NCBI RefSeq assembly: GCF_000341395.1
Contig: NC_020304.1
Coordinates: 1,920,001 to 1,952,000, forward strand
Direction: 5' to 3'
Source: Desulfocapsa sulfexigens DSM 10523
GTDB taxonomy: Bacteria; Desulfobacterota; Desulfobulbia; Desulfobulbales; Desulfocapsaceae
Length of the DNA stretch: 32,000 nt
Notes under the pieces: model-generated
The model's database searches: none
What the model was told of the DNA's origin: nothing
Seen by the model: only the letters and a program-made list of their open reading frames with translations
Program-made: the position numbers and the translations under genes
Shown: in pieces, positions 8,767-17,093 of the stretch
How positions within the stretch are numbered: position 1 is the stretch's first letter
Layout of the letters: each line of letters opens with the position of its first letter

Positions 8767-8820
8767 TTCAGATAGATTTAATGTTAGTGAAATGACTGGA
8801 AGTTTTACAATGGAGGGACA

Positions 8821-9489
8821 ATGGCCACAACGCGCTCGCAGTACACCATACTCCTGGCTGATGATCATGCTCTGATACGTCATGGCATCAGAAATCTCAT
8901 CAGTAATAACCCCGCCCTGAAAGTTGTCGGTGAGGTTAGCGATGGCGAAGAGTTGCTGGAATTTTTAAAGACTACTCAGCCCGAGCTCTTGATTCTTGAT
9001 ATTTCCATGCCAAAACTCACGGGAATTGAGGCTGTGAGTAGGGTTAAAAAATTATATCCAGACATTAAGATTCTGATGCTGACCATGCATAAGAATAAAC
9101 AGTACTTTTATCACGCCATGTCTGCAGGGGCCGATGGCTATCTGATGAAAGAAGATTCAGATGAGGAACTGCTCCTTGCTATTAAACGAGTTCAGGACGG
9201 AAAATCCTACCTGTCCCCTTTCCTCTCTCAGGACTTTGCCGACGATGTGATATCTGCATATCGCAATAATAAGAGTTCTCCTTTTGAAACTCTCACTAGT
9301 AGAGAACGGGAAGTTCTTAATCTGGTCGTTGAAGGGCATACCAGTAAAGTTATGGCAACTATGCTCTGTTTAAGTCCGAGGACAATTGACCATCATCGAG
9401 CTAATTTGCTCAGGAAATTTGATATGAAGAATAGCGTCGATCTGGTCAACTTTGCTGTGCGTAACGGTTTTGTGACCCCGGGTGACTGA
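8821..9489 (+). CDS. NarL/FixJ (LuxR-type HTH) two-component response regulator
   Basis: GGAGGG SD. Receiver motifs 'LLADDH' and 'LLILDISMP' (phospho-acceptor Asp present). C-terminal 'LTSREREVLNLVVEGHTSKVMA...SPRTIDHHRANLLRKF'. Confidence 0.85.
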   Translation: MATTRSQYTILLADDHALIRHGIRNLISNNPALKVVGEVSDGEELLEFLKTTQPELLILDISMPKLTGIEAVSRVKKLYPDIKILMLTMHKNKQYFYHAMSAGADGYLMKEDSDEELLLAIKRVQDGKSYLSPFLSQDFADDVISAYRNNKSSPFETLTSREREVLNLVVEGHTSKVMATMLCLSPRTIDHHRANLLRKFDMKNSVDLVNFAVRNGFVTPGD

Positions 9490-9534
9490 GCTGGTAGTAC
9501 TCATTTGCTTTCTCATAAGTACGAAAAAAATGTT

Positions 9535-9864
9535 TCAGATAATATCGTCAACAATAATCGTTTCTTTGCCGAGGCTTTGGCGTATCTGCTGGCGCTGTCG
9601 AAGTTTGACTTGAGCATCATGTGGAAGCTCCGTCAACATGATGATATTTTTATTTACCAGCAAATTGATGAGGTCTTCTAATACTCGCATTCCCCCTACA
9701 TCTGTTGATGCAAGGAGACGAATCAAGGAGTCGTTTGTTTTTTCATCTATTAGAAACTCGATAATTTCATCATCCACCGCTTCTTTCAGTTCCATTTCTG
9801 CTGTGTCGGCTTCACGTCGTATCGCAACGATTTTTCCTTTTTTACCTCTTTCCACATAAAACAT
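9535..9864 (-). CDS. Hypothetical small acidic protein, divergent from the T1SS operon
   Basis: 109-aa ORF with GGAG 8 nt upstream of the ATG. I recognise no family. Confidence 0.45.
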   Translation of the reverse strand: MFYVERGKKGKIVAIRREADTAEMELKEAVDDEIIEFLIDEKTNDSLIRLLASTDVGGMRVLEDLINLLVNKNIIMLTELPHDAQVKLRQRQQIRQSLGKETIIVDDII

Positions 9865-10171
9865 CTTAGCACTCCTTTGTACCCGGATAGTCTACCATCA
9901 AAGCCGGTGGGTGACTGAAGCTAGATGGATTTCATCCCTTGCATTACCCTCTGCTCATGTTATCCCGAACAGAGTTACTTAGAAGAAAAAATGTATTGTG
10001 ATATTTTATAGTCGATATATTTGACGCTTCAAACTCTATTATGATACCATATCATATTATTGTTAGGTGAAAAAAAGACAGTCTTGATCTGTTTGTTTTT
10101 GACGATATGCTATTGTCATAGGGGTTACCTAATCACACATATATACCGTTTTAGAGATTTTATGGATATAA

Positions 10172-12340
10172 ATGACTGAACAGGAAAAATCGAATAATCC
10201 AGAAGAATGGCATATCATAGATGATAGTGACAACCAGGATGATCCCCTTCTTGACTGCCTTGAAATTCTGGCCAAAATATATGACCGTCCTATCTCCAGA
10301 ACGGTATTGCGTGCTGGATTGCCCCTTGTCCATAATCGGTTGACGGTCGAACTTGTTTCACGGGCCACACGTCGAGCCGGTCTTTCCTCACGACTTCTCA
10401 AACGTCCTCTTGATCAGTTTAACACGCATGAATTACCCGCTATAGTGTTGCTGGATAATCGACGTGCCTGTGTAGTAATTAAAGCAGATTCAAGCGATGG
10501 CACTCTGGAAGTAATATGGCCGGAAAGTCAGGGGAGCCAGATTGTGTCCTGTGAAGAACTGGCTGACACATATACGGGATATTCAATTTTTGTCAAACCC
10601 AAATATCGTATTGACGATCGGGGAGTGAGTCATCCAAGGGATCGATCAAAAAACTGGTTCTGGGGGACTGTGCTGACTTCATGGCGGATTTACAGAGATG
10701 TCATTATCGCCTCCTTTCTGATTAATATTTTCGCTCTTGCTACCCCGTTTTTCTTGATCAATGCCTATGATAGAATCATTCCCAATCTCGCTTTTGAAAC
10801 ACTGTGGGTTCTTTCCGCCGGAGTTGCAGCTATTTATTTCTTTGAACTTATCCTGCGAGGATTACGCGCTTATTTTATTGATATGGCAGGAAAAAAATCC
10901 AACCTTGTTTTGTCGTCAATTCTGATGGAAAAAGTGTTCGGTCTTCGTCTGGAGGCTCGCCCGAAGTCCATTGGTTCGTTTACCAAGCAACTTCAGCAGT
11001 TTGAAAGCATACGGGATTTTATTACATCCTTTTCCATTACCGCCCTGGTAGACCTTCCCTTTGCCTTTCTCGCACTCTTGGCTCTCTGGTATGTTGGTGG
11101 ACGTCTGGTGTTGGTTAGTGTCGTATGTATTGTACTTATTCTCATTTATGCATTTATTGTCCAGAGCCCTTTGAGAAAGTCCGTTGGGAAAACCCATAAT
11201 GCAGAGTCCCAAAAAAATGCCATACTCGTAGAGGGCCTGTCAGGCATTGAAACCATAAAAATTTTAGGGGCCGAAAGTAAGATCCAGCGTGCCTGGGAAG
11301 ATTCTGTGAGTTTTATAGCCACCTGGAGTGCACGTACCCGATTTCTCTCCGCGTCAGTCGGGCATGTCGCCCATTTCCTCCAGAATCTCTCTCTCGTTGC
11401 GATTATTATCTTCAGTGTCTATATGATCTCTTGGGGGGAAATGACCGGTGGAGGCCTTTTTGCCTGTATATTTCTCACTCGGCGTGCAACCTCGCCAATG
11501 ACACAGGTCGTGAGTCTGATGACTCGTTTTCATCAAGCACGAAATTCTCTTCAGACTCTGAATAAAATAATGGAACTTCCGTCTGAGCGTCCTACAGAAA
11601 AAGTATTTTTACACCGGACGAGTTTCAACGGTGCCTTAACCCTCGAGAACCTTTCTTTTACCTATCCCGGCGACTCAACGGAAGTGCTGAGAAATATTAA
11701 TTTGCAGATCAACCCTGGCGAGAAAGTAGGCATTATCGGCCCTATTGGTTCCGGCAAGACAACCCTTGGCAAACTCATTCTTGGACTCTATGAACCAAGC
11801 AAAGGAATGGTTGCAATGGATGGTACCGATATCCGACAGATTGATCCAGCAGAACTGCGGAATTTTATCGGCTATGTCTCGCAGGATGTAGTCCTTTTTA
11901 AGGGGAGTGTGCGTGATAATATCGTTCTCGGGACCAGCGATATTGATGACTCAACGGTCCTGCGTGCTGCCAAGATAGCTGGTGTGAGCAACTTTGTGGA
12001 AAAGAATCCGAAGGGTTATGATATGCCGGTGGAAGAGCAGGGGCGCAATCTTTCCGGCGGGCAAAGGCAAGCCATAGCTATAGCCAGAGCGATTCTTCTT
12101 GATCCCCCTGTTTTGCTCATGGATGAACCAACCAGCTCGATGGATAATAGAAGTGAATCAATGATACGGGATAATATGTTGGAGATTTTGCAGAATAAAA
12201 CGACAATCATTATAACGCATCGCATATCATTATTGGAAATCGTTGACAGAATTGTAGTGATCAGCAATGAAACAATTGTGGCTGATGGAACCAAGCAGCA
12301 TATTCTGGAGGCTCTGAAAAACGGCCAATTGTTGATATGA
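10172..12340 (+). CDS. Type I secretion system permease/ATPase (LapB/LssB-like ABC exporter with an N-terminal C39-like domain)
   Basis: 722 aa. N-terminal 'DPLLDCLEILAKIYDRPISRTVLRAGLPL' resembles a T1SS C39-like domain. A six-helix TMD follows. Walker A 'GPIGSGKTT', signature 'LSGGQRQ', Walker B 'LLMDEPTS'. Confidence 0.9.
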   Translation: MTEQEKSNNPEEWHIIDDSDNQDDPLLDCLEILAKIYDRPISRTVLRAGLPLVHNRLTVELVSRATRRAGLSSRLLKRPLDQFNTHELPAIVLLDNRRACVVIKADSSDGTLEVIWPESQGSQIVSCEELADTYTGYSIFVKPKYRIDDRGVSHPRDRSKNWFWGTVLTSWRIYRDVIIASFLINIFALATPFFLINAYDRIIPNLAFETLWVLSAGVAAIYFFELILRGLRAYFIDMAGKKSNLVLSSILMEKVFGLRLEARPKSIGSFTKQLQQFESIRDFITSFSITALVDLPFAFLALLALWYVGGRLVLVSVVCIVLILIYAFIVQSPLRKSVGKTHNAESQKNAILVEGLSGIETIKILGAESKIQRAWEDSVSFIATWSARTRFLSASVGHVAHFLQNLSLVAIIIFSVYMISWGEMTGGGLFACIFLTRRATSPMTQVVSLMTRFHQARNSLQTLNKIMELPSERPTEKVFLHRTSFNGALTLENLSFTYPGDSTEVLRNINLQINPGEKVGIIGPIGSGKTTLGKLILGLYEPSKGMVAMDGTDIRQIDPAELRNFIGYVSQDVVLFKGSVRDNIVLGTSDIDDSTVLRAAKIAGVSNFVEKNPKGYDMPVEEQGRNLSGGQRQAIAIARAILLDPPVLLMDEPTSSMDNRSESMIRDNMLEILQNKTTIIITHRISLLEIVDRIVVISNETIVADGTKQHILEALKNGQLLI

Positions 12341-13746
12341 AAGAAAATTCTGAGATCTCAAAAAATCTGAAGACTTCTCACGGCAGGACCCCTCGCTCGG
12401 TGGAAAAGCAGAAAAAAGGCTTCTTTTTTCAACAACAGAACTCCGATGTTGATTTAATAACCGACATCCGCATGTCGCTCCTGGCTCAGTCTCCACGAGG
12501 TGGCAGTATTATCCTCTGGATAATAGTCATCGTGTTTTTTTGTGCTGTGGCCTGGGCATATGTGGCGGAAGTAGAGGAGGTAACCAGAGCAAGCGGAAGA
12601 GTTGTGCCTGCAAGGCAACTGCAGATCGTACAGAATCTTGAGGGCGGAATTCTCTCCGAGATTCTGGTGAATGTCGGTGATGTGGTGAAACAAGGTCAGC
12701 TCTTACTCCGTATTGACGAAAAGCGTTTTTCCGGACCGTACCGGGAAAGTCGATTTAATTATCTTGCGCTCAAAGCCCAGGTTGCACGATTACAGTCCGA
12801 GACATACTCCACACCGTTTGTGCTCCCGGAGGAAGTGATGGCTGAAAATCCTGAGGTAGGTAACCGGGAAAAGGAGTTATTTGAGTCACGAAAAAAGGAA
12901 CTTGCCCAAACGCTAGGGGTGCTGGAGGAACAAAGTCGGCAACGTGAACAGGAAATCGTTGAACTTGAGGCTAAGATTGCTGAGCTGTCACGGACGCGCT
13001 ATCTGCTTAAAAAGGAAATTAACATGACCCAACCTTTGGTAAAAGGTGGGGCTGTTTCGGAGGTGGAATTCCTGCGCCTGCAGCGTCAGGACAGTGAGAT
13101 GCAGGGAGATATCATGGCTTCACAGCTCGCTCTTCCCAGAGCAAAGTCGAGACTTCTGGAGGCGCAGAAAGGAATAACTGAGGCAAAGCTCAGGTTCTCC
13201 AATAACGCCAAAAAGGAACTCAATGATGCCTATGCAAAACTTGAGGGACTTTCAGCTACCACCGTTGCCTTGGCCGATCGTCTGGACAGGACGGCTGTAG
13301 TCTCACCTGTCAGGGGAATAGTGAATCAAATTTTTATTAATACTGTTGGTGGTGTCATTCAACCGGGTATGAACTTGATTGAAATTGTTCCATTGGAGGA
13401 TACTCTTCTGGTGGAAGCGAAGATCAAACCCTCGGATATCGCCTTTCTTAGCCCTAACCTGAAGGCCACTGTAAAGTTCACAGCCTATGATTTTACACTG
13501 TATGGTGGACTCGAAGCGAAAGTTGAGCATATCAGTGCTGATAGTATCGTCGATAAACAGGGAAACAGCTACTATCTGGTAAATGTCCGCACAACAAAAA
13601 ATTATCTTGGAACTAAAAATGCCCCCTTACCTATTATTCCCGGAATGGTGGCCTCTGTTGATATTCTGACCGGAAAAAAACGCGTCCTTACCTATTTGAT
13701 GAGGCCAATTCTTCGTGCTCAGAGCTTAGCTCTACGTGAGAGGTGA
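12337..13746 (+). CDS. HlyD family type I secretion periplasmic adaptor (LapC-like)
   Basis: ATGA overlap with the ABC gene. Single N-terminal TM 'IILWIIVIVFFCAVAWAYV', a long coiled-coil middle, and the C-terminal 'VDILTGKKRVLTYLMRPI' typical of HlyD/TIGR01843-type proteins. Confidence 0.9.
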   Translation: MKENSEISKNLKTSHGRTPRSVEKQKKGFFFQQQNSDVDLITDIRMSLLAQSPRGGSIILWIIVIVFFCAVAWAYVAEVEEVTRASGRVVPARQLQIVQNLEGGILSEILVNVGDVVKQGQLLLRIDEKRFSGPYRESRFNYLALKAQVARLQSETYSTPFVLPEEVMAENPEVGNREKELFESRKKELAQTLGVLEEQSRQREQEIVELEAKIAELSRTRYLLKKEINMTQPLVKGGAVSEVEFLRLQRQDSEMQGDIMASQLALPRAKSRLLEAQKGITEAKLRFSNNAKKELNDAYAKLEGLSATTVALADRLDRTAVVSPVRGIVNQIFINTVGGVIQPGMNLIEIVPLEDTLLVEAKIKPSDIAFLSPNLKATVKFTAYDFTLYGGLEAKVEHISADSIVDKQGNSYYLVNVRTTKNYLGTKNAPLPIIPGMVASVDILTGKKRVLTYLMRPILRAQSLALRER

Positions 13747-13869
13747 TTTGTCAACACAGGAAAGACCTGAACTCAGGGTAGGTGGATATATATAACGTAG
13801 CCAGCAGTTACTTGATGTCTTCAACTTTGCCGAAATGTACAATAGCAAATTCTACGTAAGAGGTACTTT

Positions 13870-14478
13870 ATGACAATCGTGACCTGCAGTGCAAACGCAT
13901 CAACGCGAGAACGGTGGAGACAGATATTGCAGGGTGACCATCAGTTATTTGAGGTCTCTACCGTGGCGGAACTGAAAGACGTTGTTAAACATCAAGAGAT
14001 AGAACTCATACTTCTTCACCGCTCTATGGTTGATATGAATCTTATCTCCAGTATAACGGAATCACGATGTTTTGTCCTCTCTGATATCCCGGATGATAAT
14101 GAGGCAGTTCTGTTGCTCAAATCCGGTGCTGTGGGGTATGCGAATACGTATGTTTCTCCAGTTCGTCTTAAAGAGGCTGTTAATACAGCCATCAGCGGAA
14201 GGGTCTGGGTCGGGCAGAAACTGATGCAGAAAATCATTCGAGGCACCACTCAAGATATTGACCCAAAAAGTACGGAACCCCCTCCTGAACATAAACTTTC
14301 AGGCCGTGAATGGGAGGTTGCTTTGTTGGTCGGTCAAGGTATGTCAAATCTTGAAATCGCCGCCGAGTTGAATATCTCTGAGAGCACGGTGAAAGCACAT
14401 ATCGGCTCTATTTTTAAGAAAACAAATACCGAAAGCCGATTACAACTGGCACTGTATGTCAAGACACAAACTACCTAG
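13870..14478 (+). CDS. LuxR-family transcription regulator with an atypical (Asp-less) receiver-like domain
   Basis: C-terminal HTH 'LSGREWEVALLVGQGMSNLEIAAELNISESTVKAHIGSIFKK'. The N-terminal receiver-like fold has 'LILLHRSM' where 'LxLLDxxMP' is expected, and it lacks an N-terminal acidic pair. Confidence 0.75.
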   Translation: MTIVTCSANASTRERWRQILQGDHQLFEVSTVAELKDVVKHQEIELILLHRSMVDMNLISSITESRCFVLSDIPDDNEAVLLLKSGAVGYANTYVSPVRLKEAVNTAISGRVWVGQKLMQKIIRGTTQDIDPKSTEPPPEHKLSGREWEVALLVGQGMSNLEIAAELNISESTVKAHIGSIFKKTNTESRLQLALYVKTQTT

Positions 14479-14562
14479 GCTGCCCGTACCACAAGAGCCG
14501 TAGCATTTAATTTCGTAACGGCCTCTCTGGTAACGTATATTCTTTTTAGTCACTGGGAATTC

Positions 14563-16929
14563 ATGGGAATTACTACCTATCTTTTTCACAAATCGAATGG
14601 TTTGGAAAAACAGAGATTTAATATGTTTTTCCTGGATATGGGAGAAAATATCCATTTCCATTACCGGGACCTTAGAATTGAGCTTTCTGTTGGCGAATTC
14701 AAGGAACTGGCAGAACTCTTCAAACTCTACTCCCAGGATGTCCTCAATGAAATTGAGGCAGGATATAAAGATGGTGTTCTGGCGAATACAAATGAGGCTG
14801 GTACGCTCAAGACCTTTTGGGACAAGGAGAAAAAACTTACTTTTCCTGTGAAGTATAATGAACAGCAACTGGCCATTGAAGAGACCAAAGATGGTTTTCA
14901 TCTCCATATTAGAAACTATAAAATTCTCATGGGGAAAGACTCCTTTATTCTCCTTGTAAAGGCTATTGCTCCGATTTCTTCATTGTTGGAAAGTAATGAT
15001 CTGAAACGGGACCCTGTTCAATTGCTGGCAGAAAACGAACTTGGCACAAAACTAATTTCACGATTTCAGACAGAAGGACATGAGGAAATCGTAATTGAGG
15101 TTGATAAAACCTACCGTAACAAAGCAGGGCAGGTGCTTAAGGCGCTTGGCTTTATTCAAGGAGTGGTAGAAAATAGTAGGGTGGCATATAACAAAGACAG
15201 TTCAACTGTTGTTCTTGTACCTCCCGGTTACGCCCCACAAGCTGCCGATATGGTCAGCACCGATACGTCGCTGGATCTGCCGGCTTTTCTCGCCAGGTAT
15301 GGACATGACCTTGATACCACGGATCTTAATCAGCTTAAGCTTAAGATTCTCTCACTCTTGAAAATGGCCGAACAAGGTGGCATCAGACCTTTTCGTTTGC
15401 AGGATCTGTATATCAACAGAAGCTCGCTCAATCCGGCTGTTGATCTCTTTTGTCGCCTTGAGGGTATTGATCCCAAACAGGAAATTGATTCATTTAATAA
15501 ATTGCTCGGTACAAATAAATTATTCATGATCAAACCAGAAAAGGAGCTCTTTCCCCCCGAGAAGCAGGATCAGATTTTCGATGCTTTTTTTGACTTTGTT
15601 ATGCAAAAGCTTGCTCCTCATGAATGTGTGCGCAAAATATATGTCCTGGGTTCCTCAACGAATCGTCGATCCGGTTGTTATAAGGTACCCTTTGTTCATT
15701 TTGACTGGGCAAAGATCAACTCGGATTTTGACATCTATATCGAGCTGGATCCGGATTATGAGGGTACTCTTCCTGAGGAATGGGACAAGAAGTTTTATTG
15801 GGATCGTGCTGGTTGCGATTATTACCATTTTGGTGATGTCGGTGATGGAATGATATCTGAGTATGCTCAACGATATCCTGGTATCCGCTTTTATGAGCAG
15901 CTTGTTGAAGGCTATCTGTTTCATCCCTCGACAGGTGACAAATCCAAAAAGGATAAGTGGTTTGGTGAAGTAAAAGCTCGTTGTATTTTCTCACGAGACA
16001 GGATTGCCGAATGGGTGAATCAGAACTATGAAATCACAGTTCATGAGACGGAGCGGTTTAATGTAGCATCATTTAACCGAGTCTATCATATTTTTTCTCC
16101 TTCGGAAGAATATGTTCTAAAAGTATATGATTCCAAATACCTGAATAAGAAAAATAAAAAGAAGATCGCCTACGAGATTGGTGTTTTGGATTCATTGAAA
16201 GAGTCTGGTCTGGAAGTTGCTCTTCCGTTGAAAAATAAAGCAGGAAAATATATCAGTCAAAAAGATAAGGAGCAGGCAGTGCTCTTTACTTTTGTTCCTG
16301 GTAAATATGTGGCGAAACCGACTCTGGAAGAGAATATGCTTGCCGGGAATTTGCTGGCGCGTTTCCATAATGAGGCGAAGCGTTATAAAACAAAGTATGC
16401 GAAAGTGTACAGCAACAAACAGCTCCTCTTTTACTGGCTCGATTCCTGGCAGGAATACCATGATCAGGGAGGAATCGTAGGAACTGATATCTCTCTGGAT
16501 ATTCCGTACTACACTAAACGTCTGCGAAATTTCAATACTTTCCCGACTCACTGTCATGGCGATTTATCCATTATTAATTATCTCTTTCGCGATGGAAAAT
16601 GCTGGCTGATCGATTTCCAGAGTGTCGGTTATGGACCTGCTCTCATCGATTTGGCAAACGGAATGGTTGAATTTTCTGCCCAGAAAAGGGACTTTTATAT
16701 GGAGAATCTTGAATCCTTCAAAAAGGGTTATGAGAATGTTCGAAAACTATCACGCGCAGAGAACGATTTCCTTACTGATCTTTTAGTCATCCAAATTGCC
16801 GTCAGGCAGGCAAAGCTGTTACGTTTACACTATGGAGGGTTTGGCTATGAATTGAAAGAAGACAGGATCCTTGGATTGCGAATGGGTATCGAAAAATTAC
16901 TAGCTTTGACCGACTCTTGTGGGGAATGA
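14563..16929 (+). CDS. Multidomain protein: unknown N-terminal region, minimal nucleotidyltransferase-like domain, and APH/homoserine-kinase-II-like kinase domain
   Basis: 788 aa. Residues ~355-395 'KIYVLGSS...(22)...SDFDIYIELD' fit the pol-beta NTase G[SG]...DxD pattern. The C-terminus has the kinase catalytic loop 'HCHGDLSIINYLF' and 'WLIDFQ'. The N-terminus has an internal repeat ('NIHFHYRDLRIEL' / 'GFHLHIRNYKILM'). The start codon is uncertain. Confidence 0.65.
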   Translation: MGITTYLFHKSNGLEKQRFNMFFLDMGENIHFHYRDLRIELSVGEFKELAELFKLYSQDVLNEIEAGYKDGVLANTNEAGTLKTFWDKEKKLTFPVKYNEQQLAIEETKDGFHLHIRNYKILMGKDSFILLVKAIAPISSLLESNDLKRDPVQLLAENELGTKLISRFQTEGHEEIVIEVDKTYRNKAGQVLKALGFIQGVVENSRVAYNKDSSTVVLVPPGYAPQAADMVSTDTSLDLPAFLARYGHDLDTTDLNQLKLKILSLLKMAEQGGIRPFRLQDLYINRSSLNPAVDLFCRLEGIDPKQEIDSFNKLLGTNKLFMIKPEKELFPPEKQDQIFDAFFDFVMQKLAPHECVRKIYVLGSSTNRRSGCYKVPFVHFDWAKINSDFDIYIELDPDYEGTLPEEWDKKFYWDRAGCDYYHFGDVGDGMISEYAQRYPGIRFYEQLVEGYLFHPSTGDKSKKDKWFGEVKARCIFSRDRIAEWVNQNYEITVHETERFNVASFNRVYHIFSPSEEYVLKVYDSKYLNKKNKKKIAYEIGVLDSLKESGLEVALPLKNKAGKYISQKDKEQAVLFTFVPGKYVAKPTLEENMLAGNLLARFHNEAKRYKTKYAKVYSNKQLLFYWLDSWQEYHDQGGIVGTDISLDIPYYTKRLRNFNTFPTHCHGDLSIINYLFRDGKCWLIDFQSVGYGPALIDLANGMVEFSAQKRDFYMENLESFKKGYENVRKLSRAENDFLTDLLVIQIAVRQAKLLRLHYGGFGYELKEDRILGLRMGIEKLLALTDSCGE

Positions 16930-17093
16930 AGTATCTGAATGGAGATATTCTTTTTATTGTTGTTTGCGTCCTGGGAACGTATTGGAATATTGAATAATGG
17001 CGTGACTGCCCGATTAAAAGATACAGAAAGTATTCAACATTCGGCCAGTCTGTTATCGAGATTGTGCCAACGTGGAGTAGAGGTGTAGATCCA

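Noticed and set aside
9490-9534. Imperfect inverted repeat GTACTCAT...ATAAGTAC between the convergent response-regulator and 109-aa genes, considered as a terminator.
   Set aside because: The stem has a central mismatch. On the + strand it is followed by an A-run rather than a T-run, and on the - strand the T-run precedes the hairpin. It does not meet intrinsic-terminator criteria.
10172-13746. Whether the T1SS could instead export a bacteriocin, with the N-terminal domain of the ABC protein acting as an active C39 peptidase.
   Set aside because: No small double-glycine leader peptide gene is visible nearby. The N-terminal domain lacks the 'QxxxxDCG' catalytic context I expect. A retention-module substrate plus LapG, LapD and a TolC-like OMP are present, which favours a Lap-type system.
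14440-14907. 155-aa minus-strand ORF spanning the junction of the LuxR-like gene and the 788-aa gene.
   Set aside because: It overlaps two better-supported + strand genes and has no recognisable motifs. It is probably spurious, although it adds to the uncertainty about the start of the 788-aa gene.
17064-17093. The upstream GTG start at 17064 given in the ORF track for the hydrolase-LTD protein.
   Set aside because: It adds 'MPTWSRGVDP' in front of a textbook 'MKRLLSLLLL' signal peptide, and GAGG lies just before GTG 17094. I kept 17094 as the likelier start, but 17064 cannot be excluded.
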